Shown: in pieces, positions 1-8,758 of the stretch
Layout of the letters: every line of letters starts with the position of its first letter
How positions within the stretch are numbered: the stretch's first letter is position 1
NCBI GenBank assembly: GCA_964550765.1
Contig: CAZKAZ010000002.1
Location: 1-44,815, forward strand
Reading direction: 5' to 3'
Length of the DNA stretch: 44,815 nucleotides
Origin: an uncultured bacterium
GTDB lineage: Bacteria; Deinococcota; Deinococci; Deinococcales; Trueperaceae
Notes under the pieces: model-generated
The model's input: the letters and a program-made list of their open reading frames with translations, nothing else
Database searches by the model: none
Told to the model about the DNA's origin: nothing
Made by a program: the position numbers and the translations under genes

Positions 1-9
1 TCACTCGAG

Positions 10-36
10 CGAGGTATTGCACCTCGCTTTTTTCGT
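10..36 (+). terminator. Intrinsic terminator-like hairpin (GCGAGG-tattgca-CCTCGC followed by T6) for a plus-strand gene lying upstream of the window
   Basis: Perfect 6-bp GC-rich stem with a 7-nt loop followed by TTTTTT. It sits convergent with the alpha-E gene, which ends at 48. Confidence 0.4.
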
Positions 37-47
37 GTCTTGTTTTG

Positions 48-1058
48 TTATGCCCGTTGTTGCTGTTGTTGCACGGCGTCCGTATTAAACACAAAATACG
101 CTTGGCTGATGCTGTTGGATAAGTCAGCGATGCTCTCGAGCAAGTCTTCTGCTGAAGGTTGTTCTTCGACGAGCACTTGTTTGGCATCCGGCAGGTACTC
201 GAGCCTAGCGGCTAACCAACCCGCTTGCCGCACCGGGGTTTTGGCCACAGCGGCGTCATTACGCGTTTGAATATCACGCAAGATGTTGTGTACTACGTTG
301 AGCGAAAAGCGCACGCTGCGCGGAAAGTCTGCGTTGAGTAGCAAAAACTGTGCTACGTCGTCGGTACTGATGGCGCTGTGGTGTTGCTTGCGAAAGGCTT
401 CATAGGCACTGATCGAACGAAGCAACGCCATACTGCGGTGCACGTGTAATTCTTGGGCAATGAGGTGATTTTGTTGCTGTTGACGGTAGCGCAAGGTCAG
501 CACCCGCAAGACGTTATCGGCGCGTTCTAAGTACTGACCAGCACGCATAAAAAACCAGCCCAAGTCGCGGGGCATGGTGGCGTCGGCGATGCCAAAAAAC
601 AAGTGACTGGCGTCGCGCACGCCCGCGCAGTAGTCGTGGAGGTCTTCGCGCTCGAGCACGTCGCCACTATCTACGCAATAACGCAAGTACGTGCGGTTCA
701 TGGCTTGCCACATTTCTGAACTGATGCGGTCACGCAAGGTTCTGGCGTTTTCACGGGCAAAGGTGAGGCTCGAGGTGATGCTGCTTGAATTGTCCCGATG
801 AAACGCCAACCACTCCGAGACGGTATTGCGGTCTTTGCGGTCAAAGTGCTGCCGAAATGCCCCATCATCGTCGTCAATAATGGTTAGCAGTGGTGCCCAC
901 TGTTCGGCGATGATTTGTTCGAGGGCTTCAGGGGGATCTGCTTGACTCGGCGCTTCAATCACCGCGTGATAATTAACATCCAACAGGCGGGCGGTGTTCT
1001 CGGCGCGTTCGACGTAGCGCCCAATCCAATAGAGGTTTTCCGCAATGCGGCTCAGCAT
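48..1058 (-). CDS. alpha-E domain protein (DUF403), partner of circularly permuted ATP-grasp
   Basis: 336-aa ORF starting MLSRIAENLYWIGRYVERAENTARLLDVNYH, the typical alpha-E N-terminus. It lies immediately downstream of the CP ATP-grasp gene on the same strand, with TAA at 48-50. Confidence 0.85.
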   Translation of the reverse strand: MLSRIAENLYWIGRYVERAENTARLLDVNYHAVIEAPSQADPPEALEQIIAEQWAPLLTIIDDDDGAFRQHFDRKDRNTVSEWLAFHRDNSSSITSSLTFARENARTLRDRISSEMWQAMNRTYLRYCVDSGDVLEREDLHDYCAGVRDASHLFFGIADATMPRDLGWFFMRAGQYLERADNVLRVLTLRYRQQQQNHLIAQELHVHRSMALLRSISAYEAFRKQHHSAISTDDVAQFLLLNADFPRSVRFSLNVVHNILRDIQTRNDAAVAKTPVRQAGWLAARLEYLPDAKQVLVEEQPSAEDLLESIADLSNSISQAYFVFNTDAVQQQQQRA

Positions 1059-1257
1059 GGCAGCCTCCGAAAGATATATCGTGTTACGTGCCTTTGGGCA
1101 TGTGTTGTGTTGGTGGGATTGACAGTATCGACAGGGTTGACGGTGCGGTAATGCGGTAACGGGTCAGACGCGTCAGTAGTCAATGTAGTCTCAGTGATCA
1201 ATGTAGTCATAGTTAATGGAACGCAAAAGCATGTCGTGACATCGGGGCGTTGTCTCA

Positions 1258-2715
1258 TCATTCGCCGAGCACCCAGGTGTCTTTGGAACCGCCCCCTTGT
1301 GAGGAGTTGACCACCAGCGAACCGCGTTTTAAGGCCACTCGAGTGAGTCCCCCTGGCACTACCGTGATGTCTTCACCCACCAAGATGTAGGGGCGCAAGT
1401 CCACGTGACAGGCTTCAAAGCGGTCTTCGTCGGCGTAATACGTTGGGTGCTGTGACAGGGTGATGATGGGTTGGGCGATGTAATTGCTGGGGTCAGCGCG
1501 CACTGTGTCCAAAAAGGTGTGAATGGTTTCGTCGTCGGCTTCACTGCCCACGAGCATGCCATAACCCCCTGCGCCACCGACTTCTTTGATGACCATGTTG
1601 GCGGCGTTTTGAGTGATGTACTCGAGCTGCTCGGGGTCTGCTGCGCTGTAAGTGGGCACGTTATTAAGCAGGGGCTTTTCACTCAAGTAATACTCGATAA
1701 TTTTGGGAATATACGTATACATGGCTTTGTCATCGGCTACCCCTGTCCCCACTGCGTTGGCGAGTGCTACCCGACCTGCTTTGTAAACGTTCATCAACCC
1801 CGGCACCCCGAGCATAGAATCTTTACGGAAGGTATTAGGATCCAAAAAAGCATCATCAATGCGGCGATAAATAACATCCACGGCTTGCTTGCCTTGGGTG
1901 GTGCGCATCCACACCCGGCCTTCATCACAAAATAGGTCGCTACCGTGAGCGAGTTCAACGCCCATCTGCTGTGCTAAAAAAGCGTGTTCGTAGTAAGCGC
2001 TGTTAAATTGCCCGGGCGTGAGCACCACAATGGTGGGTTCGTTGTCAACAGGGGAGATGCTGCGCAACGTGGCTAACAGGGCACCAGGATAGTTTTGGAT
2101 GGTGCGCACCCGCGTTTCGGTCATGAGCTTAGGAAAACTGCGGGTCATCAGGGTGCGGTTGCCAAGCATATACGACACCCCGCTGGGGCTGCGCAAGTTG
2201 TCTTCCAATACCAAGTAATTTCCCTTAGCATCACGAATGAGGTCAGTGCCAACAATGTGGGTATAGGCATTGTGGGCAACGTCAACGCCGCGCATTTGGG
2301 GGCGGTAGTTGGGGTTTTTTTCGACCAACGCCCGCGGAATCACCCCGTCATTAAGGATGGCTTGCTCGTGATAAATATCATGTAAAAACAGGTTGATTGC
2401 CCGCACCCGTTGCTTCAGGCCAGCTTCAAGTTCCGTCCATTCGTTTGCGGGAATGATTCTGGGAAAAGGGTCAAACGGAAAGGTACGCTCGACGCCCTTG
2501 GCATCGCTATACACCGTAAACGTCACCCCTTGTTGCCGCATCATGAGATCAATCAAGGCACGCCGCTTGTGAAAGGCTTCTTTGCCATAAGCGTTTAGAC
2601 CCTCGATGACCCGTTGGTAATGTGGTCTAGGGCTACTATCAGTGTAAAACGCTTCATCAAAAGCGCGGCCAGGTTGATAGCTATCAAGCATGGCGTGGGT
2701 GTAGACATTGGGCAA
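1258..2715 (-). CDS. circularly permuted type-2 ATP-grasp protein (DUF404/DUF407 family amidoligase)
   Basis: 485-aa ORF of the length and composition typical of this family (MLDSYQPGRAFDEAFYTDSSPRPHYQRVIEGL...). It shows the canonical pairing with an alpha-E gene. The start could instead be the internal M at 2691. Confidence 0.8.
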   Translation of the reverse strand: MPNVYTHAMLDSYQPGRAFDEAFYTDSSPRPHYQRVIEGLNAYGKEAFHKRRALIDLMMRQQGVTFTVYSDAKGVERTFPFDPFPRIIPANEWTELEAGLKQRVRAINLFLHDIYHEQAILNDGVIPRALVEKNPNYRPQMRGVDVAHNAYTHIVGTDLIRDAKGNYLVLEDNLRSPSGVSYMLGNRTLMTRSFPKLMTETRVRTIQNYPGALLATLRSISPVDNEPTIVVLTPGQFNSAYYEHAFLAQQMGVELAHGSDLFCDEGRVWMRTTQGKQAVDVIYRRIDDAFLDPNTFRKDSMLGVPGLMNVYKAGRVALANAVGTGVADDKAMYTYIPKIIEYYLSEKPLLNNVPTYSAADPEQLEYITQNAANMVIKEVGGAGGYGMLVGSEADDETIHTFLDTVRADPSNYIAQPIITLSQHPTYYADEDRFEACHVDLRPYILVGEDITVVPGGLTRVALKRGSLVVNSSQGGGSKDTWVLGE

Positions 2716-2876
2716 AAGGTGAGAGCATCATGATGCAAAACCATAACACAAGGCGTTTTTTTATGCGGTAGCGCGTGACAGGCAGTGTTTCGTCACGTAA
2801 GGTTAGCAAGGCGGTTGGCAAGGTGTTTGTAAGGCATCCGCTGGTTTGTTTTGGGTTTGCTTGCTGCAATTGATAT

Positions 2877-3029
2877 GTGCCTAAGCAACGTCAAAAACGC
2901 GACCTACCGAGCAAAATTTGTGCCCAGTGTGGTCTGCCTTTCACCTGGCGCAAAAAATGGCAGCGCGACTGGGACAACGTCAAGTACTGTTCGGAACGTT
3001 GCCGTCGGGCTGCCAAGAAAGAACGTTAA
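2877..3029 (+). CDS. DUF2256 family small zinc-ribbon-like protein, 50 aa, GTG start; not in the supplied ORF track
   Basis: Frame translation gives [50 protein letters not shown], the hallmark DUF2256 motif (SKxCxxCGxPFxWRKKWxxxWxxVKYCSxRCR). Stop TAA is at 3027-3029. A TGA lies in-frame upstream at 2871. Confidence 0.6.
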   Translation: MPKQRQKRDLPSKICAQCGLPFTWRKKWQRDWDNVKYCSERCRRAAKKER

Positions 3030-3134
3030 AAAAGTGGCGTGAAGGTAGCTCAAGCAACCCAAACATCCTCTATAACAATGGAACAGTGAACTGTTTAGAG
3101 GCGTTTTTGCTGCCAAGCGCGTTAAGGTAAAACT

Positions 3135-3425
3135 GTGAATCTCGTCTGGGATGCCACCAATACCCGCAAAATTGTTGAACATGGCCTGACAACGCAAGAC
3201 GTTGAGGAGGCTCTGACCGACCGCAGTCGCTTCACTGCCCGTACCCGCCGCCGCGATGGACAGCAAGCTAGACAAGACAGCAAGCGTTTTCGTGTCATTG
3301 GTAAGACCCGCGCTGGTGACTTTGTGACAGTCATCCTGGGGATTACCCTCGAGCAACACCCCCGCGTCGTGACCGCCTATCCTTCTTCCAAGCGCGACAT
3401 ACGCACCTACCGCAAGCGCGTTTAG
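3135..3425 (+). CDS. BrnT-like type II toxin (DUF497 / RelE-fold ribonuclease family)
   Basis: 96 aa with a GTG start. The N-terminus NLVWDATNTRKIVEHGLTTQDVEEAL matches the BrnT pattern (F/L-x-WD-x-x-N-x-x-K-x-x-x-HG-x-x-x-x-E). Confidence 0.55.
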   Translation: MNLVWDATNTRKIVEHGLTTQDVEEALTDRSRFTARTRRRDGQQARQDSKRFRVIGKTRAGDFVTVILGITLEQHPRVVTAYPSSKRDIRTYRKRV

Positions 3426-3491
3426 TGCTAAACTACATGTGTGATAGACTCTAAGACGGTCACAACTGACCTAGATACCCTGCTTAGTGAT

Positions 3492-3620
3492 ATGACACCT
3501 GCCCAAGAAGCTGCTTTTTGGGAACATCATGATGTTGCACCAGAGATGTTTGAAACAGGTGAAGCCGTTGAAAAAGAACTTGATGCGCTACTTGGTATCA
3601 CCGATAAAGACAAGCATTGA
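3492..3620 (+). pseudogene. BrnA-like antitoxin remnant (N-terminal motif only, no RHH domain)
   Basis: 43-aa ORF MTPAQEAAFWEHHDVAPEMFETGEAVEKELDALLGITDKDKH*. The EAAFWEHHD motif resembles the conserved N-terminus of BrnA/DUF4415 antitoxins, but the C-terminal ribbon-helix-helix part is missing. It lies directly downstream of the BrnT-like gene. Confidence 0.3.
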
Positions 3621-3704
3621 GTTGTTCAATAAGACATCGAGCACACTTTTAGGTGTGTTTTTTATTACATACCCAGTATCTCCACTAAAACCCATAACAT
3701 CAAC

Positions 3705-3905
3705 ATGCACGATGCCAAAACCAGCTCGTCTAAGCTGGTCGAACAGGTGCTCGCTGGTAAGGAAGTTTTCTTCGTACAAAACGGCCAAGCCTTGGTACGC
3801 TTCGTGCCCGTTGAAGAAAGCCTGTACCCGCTGAGATTGCATGCGATGACCCTCAGTGACAGCGAAGCAGCAAAAGCCATGCAGCCTTCAGCACTCAGTG
3901 GGTAA
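3705..3905 (+). CDS. Phd/YefM-like antitoxin, apparently orphan (no toxin gene follows)
   Basis: 66 aa. DAKTSSSKLVEQVLAGKEVFFVQNGQALVRFVPVEE fits the Phd/YefM N-terminal consensus (EAKxxLSELxDxVxxGExVxITRxGKPVAxLVP). The next gene is convergent uspA. Confidence 0.45.
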   Translation: MHDAKTSSSKLVEQVLAGKEVFFVQNGQALVRFVPVEESLYPLRLHAMTLSDSEAAKAMQPSALSG

Positions 3906-3958
3906 AGTGAAGGTGGTGCATGAGCACTATCTGCCCACCTTCGTGATGGTCTTGGCAG

Positions 3959-4786
3959 TTAGCGATGTAAGAGCACGGGGCAAGGGGCAATTTTTAAGAG
4001 GGTCTCAGTCGTCGAGCCGAACAAAAATTCGCGCATGCGGTTCTCGCCAAACGCACCGATAGCGATGAGGTCGCCTTCTTCCAATTGGTCGATAATAGCC
4101 GCTGCAACTTCGCCAGAAGCCGCATGAGTGTCTACACTCACGTGATGGTCTTGAGCGTAGTGGCGCACGGTCTCGAGCTGTTTGTTGGCAACCGCTTCTT
4201 CGTCGTGAACGCTGATAGCTAGTACAGGAAGCTCCAAGCGTTCGGCAAATTCAATGGCGTAATGCATAGTGGCACTAGCGCGTTCAGAACCATCAAAACC
4301 AATGACGACCCGTTCGATGCTGGAAAAACTGGCGGGGGCTACCAGCACGGGTAAACGGCTTTTGCGCAAGACTTTTTCGGTGGTGCTACCAAGCTCTAAG
4401 CTAGCGTCAAGTTGGTTGGACTCGCCGCGCCTGCCCATAATCAGCAGGTCGTTGGCTTTGGCAAGCTCGAGGATGGTGCGCGCTGGAATACCCGTGCGCT
4501 TTTCGGTTTCGAAGGGTACGCCTGTGGGTTCGGCTTTTTCCTGAAAACGCGATAGTGCCAAGTCGCCTTGGGTTTCTAAAAGCGCCCGCATGTCATCTTT
4601 GAAAGTCAGCGTTGGCAAACTCACCGCGCCGTAATCTGCCCAGTGGGGCATGTTGATAAGATGATCATCGAGAACATACAAACAATGCACACTAGCGTCA
4701 AAACGTTTTGCGAGGTCTAAAGCGTAGTCACTAGCGACGCTCGAGACATCAGACACGTCAACAGCAAGCAAGATGGATTCAATCAT
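3959..4786 (-). CDS. tandem universal stress protein (two UspA domains)
   Basis: 275 aa from MIESILLAVDVSDVS. There are two Usp domains (…LIMGRRGE… and …VVIGFDGSERAS…LIAIGAFGE…). A perfect SD, TAAGGAGACTT, sits immediately upstream of ATG at 4786. The longer track ORF running to 4906 is a 5' over-extension. Confidence 0.8.
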   Translation of the reverse strand: MIESILLAVDVSDVSSVASDYALDLAKRFDASVHCLYVLDDHLINMPHWADYGAVSLPTLTFKDDMRALLETQGDLALSRFQEKAEPTGVPFETEKRTGIPARTILELAKANDLLIMGRRGESNQLDASLELGSTTEKVLRKSRLPVLVAPASFSSIERVVIGFDGSERASATMHYAIEFAERLELPVLAISVHDEEAVANKQLETVRHYAQDHHVSVDTHAASGEVAAAIIDQLEEGDLIAIGAFGENRMREFLFGSTTETLLKIAPCPVLLHR

Positions 4787-4990
4787 AAGTCTCCTTAGTA
4801 AAAAAACATAAACAAAAAAGCGTGAAAGCCGCAATCGGTTGGATAATGTCAGTCTATCGCGTTTGCTAGACAGGTTGGCGTCCGCTAGCAGCATACAAAC
4901 TGCCATACGGCCTCATGTATTGAGGGATTATTAGGGTTGTAAAGATAGTCGCGCTAAGTTGGTTGATGTGAGGTGGCTCGAGCACCCTAC

Positions 4991-6571
4991 TTAACGGACA
5001 ATGACGAACTCGAGTGCTGTATCCCCTGCCACATACACGGGGTTTTTGGCCACCACGCCTACCACTGCTTCGCCTGACAACCTAGATAACCAAGCAAGTA
5101 ATGTTTCCACGTCACTGGTTGAAACGACGGCGTTGCCACTGTAGCCGCGTTGTTGCAACGCTTGCCGGGCGGCAGTACTCAAGCGGGTGACATCATCGCG
5201 CAACGCGGCATCACTTTTGCTGTTGTCGCCTTCACCTAAAAAGATAGGCCGCGATAACAAAAGCTGTCCGGCGTCGAGCAAGCGGGTGTTTTCGCGCACA
5301 TCAAACGTGACTTCTAGTGCAGAGGTGCCGTATTGGTCTCGAGGGGATACAAACCGCAACAAATCGCTTTGGTTCGTAGCGGCGAGTTGGGTGACAACGT
5401 CATTGAACGTGTCTGTTGCTAGCCGCAGTTCGCCTGCCCCTCGGCTCAGTGCCAGACTGTTAGCGGTTGCTACGGCGTCTGCTAGGGAACTTTGAATGTC
5501 GCTTTCGCGGTTTGCCTCAATTACCACCCGATAGATTTCTTCGCCTTGTTCAAAGGTAAGCGCCCCATCGCCGACGGCGCGTACTTGTTCGCGGGCGCGC
5601 AGTAAGGCTTCGGCTTGTTCGGCGAGGTCTGCCCGCAAGGTGTTGAGTTGATCCTCGAGGCTCAGTACCCGACTGTCCAAGTCACCGACGTTACTGCGCA
5701 GAGTGTCGTTTTCACTAGCTAACGCAGTGTTGGCAATGCGCAAACTGCGGTTGCTTTCTAACAGTTCTGCATTGATTGTCTCGAGTGATGCCGCTTGGTC
5801 TTGCAAGTCGCGCACCGTAAAGCGCAACGCGTCAATTTGTTCGTTTAAGGCGTCGGTTTCTTCTTCGAGCAGTAACTGCGTGCGGCGCAACTCGGCGGCG
5901 TCTTGCAAAGCTTGGTCTCTTGCCCGCGTCGCTTGTTCGACTTGGCTGCTGAGGCGGTCAACTTCCAGTTCAGCTTGGGCGATGTTTTCTTGGGCGCTGG
6001 CTAACTCTTGTTCGGCGCTGTCGCGTTCTTGTTGGATGCTCGTTAGTGACGTCTGGGCGCTGGTGAGTTGTTCTTGCACCGTTGATAATTCACCTTCTAA
6101 ACCGCTGATTTCGTCTTGCAGTTCCAGCACCGATTGACTAAACTGCAACGCTTCTTCACGCAGTGCTAGCCTTTCGGCGTTGGCTTCGTCCCTAGCAGCT
6201 AACGCATCATCCCGTTCGCGCCTAGCGTCTGCGATGATGACTTCGGCTTCGGCTAAGCGGGCGTTGGCGTCTTCGATTTCTCTTGCTAGTTCGCGCCGTT
6301 CGCGCCGCAAGCTGGTGAGTTCTTCGGCAGTTTGTTGGGCGTCGAGCAACACCGCTGCTGCCCCCCGAAAGGCAATCGACAAAATGCTCAGCGTCACCAG
6401 CATAATCAAAATGCCCACCGCAATACCGACAACCTGCCCGGTGCGTTTAGGCCGCCAGCCAAAAAGACTCAAACGCCTTCTGCCGATGGTCGTACCGAGC
6501 ACGTCGCCCGCGTAAGCAATCACGCCAGCTAGTGCTACGAGCAGCATCATGAGCGAAACCGTGTAGAGCAT
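4991..6571 (-). CDS. DUF3084-like membrane protein with long coiled-coil
   Basis: 526 aa with an N-terminal TM helix (LMMLLVALAGVIAYAG), a second TM, and then roughly 300 aa of heptad-like E/A/L/R/Q-rich coiled coil. Its start codon directly abuts the stop of the upstream LptB-like gene (TAG-ATG). Confidence 0.65.
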   Translation of the reverse strand: MLYTVSLMMLLVALAGVIAYAGDVLGTTIGRRRLSLFGWRPKRTGQVVGIAVGILIMLVTLSILSIAFRGAAAVLLDAQQTAEELTSLRRERRELAREIEDANARLAEAEVIIADARRERDDALAARDEANAERLALREEALQFSQSVLELQDEISGLEGELSTVQEQLTSAQTSLTSIQQERDSAEQELASAQENIAQAELEVDRLSSQVEQATRARDQALQDAAELRRTQLLLEEETDALNEQIDALRFTVRDLQDQAASLETINAELLESNRSLRIANTALASENDTLRSNVGDLDSRVLSLEDQLNTLRADLAEQAEALLRAREQVRAVGDGALTFEQGEEIYRVVIEANRESDIQSSLADAVATANSLALSRGAGELRLATDTFNDVVTQLAATNQSDLLRFVSPRDQYGTSALEVTFDVRENTRLLDAGQLLLSRPIFLGEGDNSKSDAALRDDVTRLSTAARQALQQRGYSGNAVVSTSDVETLLAWLSRLSGEAVVGVVAKNPVYVAGDTALEFVIVR

Positions 6572-7354
6572 CTAAAGTTGGAAATCGCTCCCGAGATAGG
6601 TGAGGCGTACGTCTTCGTCTTTGGCAAACGCGTCGGGTGTGCCTTCAAAACGGACGTTACCGTCAAACATCAAATACACCCGGTCGGCAATGGCAAGGGT
6701 CTCGCGCACGCTGTGGTCGGTCAGTAACACGCCTAAGCCGCGCCGTTCGCGCAGTTCGGCAATGAGGAGTTGAATTTCGCGGATGCTTTTGGGGTCAACG
6801 CCCGTAAACGGCTCATCGAGCAAGATAAACGTGGGGTCGGTTGTTAAACTACGGGCTATCTCGAGCCGCCTGCGTTCCCCACCAGATAACGTATCCGCTC
6901 GGTTATTAGCCAGTCTGGTAAGTCCAAATTCCGCTAGCAAACTATCTGCTTTGGCATGTTGGGCGTCTTTGTCTAAGTCTTGAAACTCCAAAATCGCCAG
7001 CAGGTTATCGCGTACGCTCAGCTTGCGAAAGGCACTAGGTTCTTGTGCCAAGTACCCCAGACCGTGACGGGCGCGTTTGTACATCGGCCATTTGGTGATG
7101 TCTTGGCCGTTCATGGTGATGCTGCCTTGGTTGGGTTGCACAAAACCCACCACCATATAAAAACTGGTGGTTTTGCCCGCGCCATTAGGCCCCAACATGG
7201 CCACGATTTCACCGGGGTTAAGGGTAATGTTGACGCCCGAGACGACGGTGCGTTTGCCATAGCGTTTAATCAGCCCCCTAGCCTGCAAGCTGCTTGCGTT
7301 GGCAACGGGTGTGACCGTTTCCGGAGCGTTCATGGTTAACGACATAAGCCCCAT
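6572..7354 (-). CDS. lptB: LptB-like ABC transporter ATP-binding protein
   Basis: Walker [10 protein letters not shown], signature [15 protein letters not shown], Walker [12 protein letters not shown] and an H-loop TDHSVRE. It has the LptB-type C-terminal extension. The exact start is uncertain (7333, 7345 or 7354). The track start at 7426 adds a hydrophobic non-homologous extension. Confidence 0.75.
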   Translation of the reverse strand: MGLMSLTMNAPETVTPVANASSLQARGLIKRYGKRTVVSGVNITLNPGEIVAMLGPNGAGKTTSFYMVVGFVQPNQGSITMNGQDITKWPMYKRARHGLGYLAQEPSAFRKLSVRDNLLAILEFQDLDKDAQHAKADSLLAEFGLTRLANNRADTLSGGERRRLEIARSLTTDPTFILLDEPFTGVDPKSIREIQLLIAELRERRGLGVLLTDHSVRETLAIADRVYLMFDGNVRFEGTPDAFAKDEDVRLTYLGSDFQL

Positions 7355-7437
7355 GCTAGCACGCACGTGGACAATTATCGGCACTAGCATTACGACCCAA
7401 AACCCGCAAAAATAGCGACGCTTCATCGACAGTAAAA

Positions 7438-7510
7438 GCCAACCTCAAAAGCCAACCTCAAAAACTAACGTCTATTTCACTTGACAAAAAATATATACTG
7501 ATTGATATAC
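7438..7510. promoter_or_regulatory. Divergent promoter region with 13-bp tandem repeat (GCCAACCTCAAAA x2) and sigma70-like TTGACA-N17-GATATA
   Basis: The repeat copies are at 7438-7450 and 7451-7463. TTGACA is at 7481-7486 with a weak -10 hexamer 17 nt downstream, in an AT-rich context between divergent lptB-like and Yip1-like genes. Confidence 0.25.
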
Positions 7511-7536
7511 ACTAGAATAAATCATGTCATGAGGAG

Positions 7537-8514
7537 ATGGAAGCCGTGTCCGATCAACACACCCGCTATGCGGTAGAACTGACCGCCGTACCGGACGAAG
7601 CGACGCAAGTTACCGCTGCTCAAGCCCTCGCTGAAGCCCTTGATGCCGACCCTGACAAAGTACAAAAACTGCTTAATAGTGCGCCCAAGAAAATCTCGAG
7701 CGCCATGGCTAAAGAAGACGCCGAAGCCATGGCTACGTTGTGCCGCAAAGCAGGTTTGCAAGTATCGCTCATACCCATTGCCAGCAGACGCCCTGCTCGA
7801 GCACCATCATCTGAATCACCATCATCTCGAGCAGCTTCGCGCCCATCCCCTCAACCATCACGTCCACCTGCGACTCCGCCACACCCACCAGCTAGCAGCG
7901 AACGACGTACGGCACCCCCAACAGATACTACAGTGACAATCGCAGGTACAGTCCTCTCGAGTCCATACATCACCGTCCTCTTTGCGCCCCGCCAGACGAT
8001 GCGACAGGTGCTCGAGATATCATCTGCCAACAGTGACCTCAAAATTGTCGTGGTGTTGGTGTTGTTGGGGCTTATCCCTGTGGTTTTGCTCAGTCTGATA
8101 TTCCCGGTGTCAATTGTCGGTGTTGTGCTCTTTATTGCCGTTGTTTTTGCCGTCATTGGTGCGATTATTACTTTGTATATCAACGGGTTTATGTATCACT
8201 TCATCGGTGAAAAAGCCTTTGGCGGCAGCGCCAGTTACGCCGAAGCGCGGCTTGCTTACGCGTGGGGTCTCATTCCGGCGGCGTGGATTGCGGTTGTTTT
8301 AACGGTGGTATTGCTACCTGCTAGTGTCTTGTTTCCCCCTATGTTGGTGACGTTGCTCACGGGGTTGTTCGTCATCGTAGCGGCAGTGTGGAGTACTGTT
8401 GTGCAAGCGCAGACTTTGGGTGAAGCTCACAGGATTTCTGGCTGGCAAGCCTTCGGGACGATTCTCATTTCTGGTCTCATTTTGTCGTTGATTGGTTCAC
8501 TCTTTGGTTTGTAG
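7537..8514 (+). CDS. Yip1-family polytopic membrane protein with N-terminal ribosomal L7/L12-CTD-like domain and Pro/Ser-rich linker
   Basis: The N-terminal 80 aa (TAAQALAEALDADPDKVQKLLNSAPKKISSAMAKEDAEAMATLCRKAGLQVSL) resemble the L7/L12 C-terminal domain. A PS-rich linker follows, then five TM helices typical of Yip1/DUF1282. SD GAGGAG lies at 7531-7536, and GTG at 7546 is an alternative start. Confidence 0.65.
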   Translation: MEAVSDQHTRYAVELTAVPDEATQVTAAQALAEALDADPDKVQKLLNSAPKKISSAMAKEDAEAMATLCRKAGLQVSLIPIASRRPARAPSSESPSSRAASRPSPQPSRPPATPPHPPASSERRTAPPTDTTVTIAGTVLSSPYITVLFAPRQTMRQVLEISSANSDLKIVVVLVLLGLIPVVLLSLIFPVSIVGVVLFIAVVFAVIGAIITLYINGFMYHFIGEKAFGGSASYAEARLAYAWGLIPAAWIAVVLTVVLLPASVLFPPMLVTLLTGLFVIVAAVWSTVVQAQTLGEAHRISGWQAFGTILISGLILSLIGSLFGL

Positions 8515-8758
8515 GTTGGTGAGGACGCGTGCAGAACGTCCTTAGTGGAGGGTGTAGGTGCACTGCTCGGGGTCACCGAAGTAGCAGAGGTCGAAATCCG
8601 TTTGATTGGTGGCGAGTTAGTATATGACACATACAAGAAGTAGCACATCGAATACAAGCTGCTCACACATGCTACCTACAAAAGCAACGATGGATAGGTT
8701 ATGTTAGTCGAAAGTTTTGTCAATTTGCATGTCTTTTACAATGTTAGAGGGTTTTTCT

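Noticed and set aside
1052-1261. 69-aa minus-strand ORF filling the alpha-E / ATP-grasp spacer
   Set aside because: It is Thr-rich low-complexity translation of a repeat-rich intergenic region with no RBS.
4787-4906. N-terminal 40-codon extension of the UspA ORF
   Set aside because: A perfect SD (TAAGGAGACTT) sits immediately upstream of the internal ATG at 4786, and the Usp domain begins there. The extension is hydrophobic junk.
8521-8541. Hairpin GGACG-cgtgcagaa-CGTCC after the Yip1 stop as terminator
   Set aside because: It has a 5-bp stem only and no U-tract, so it is too weak to call.
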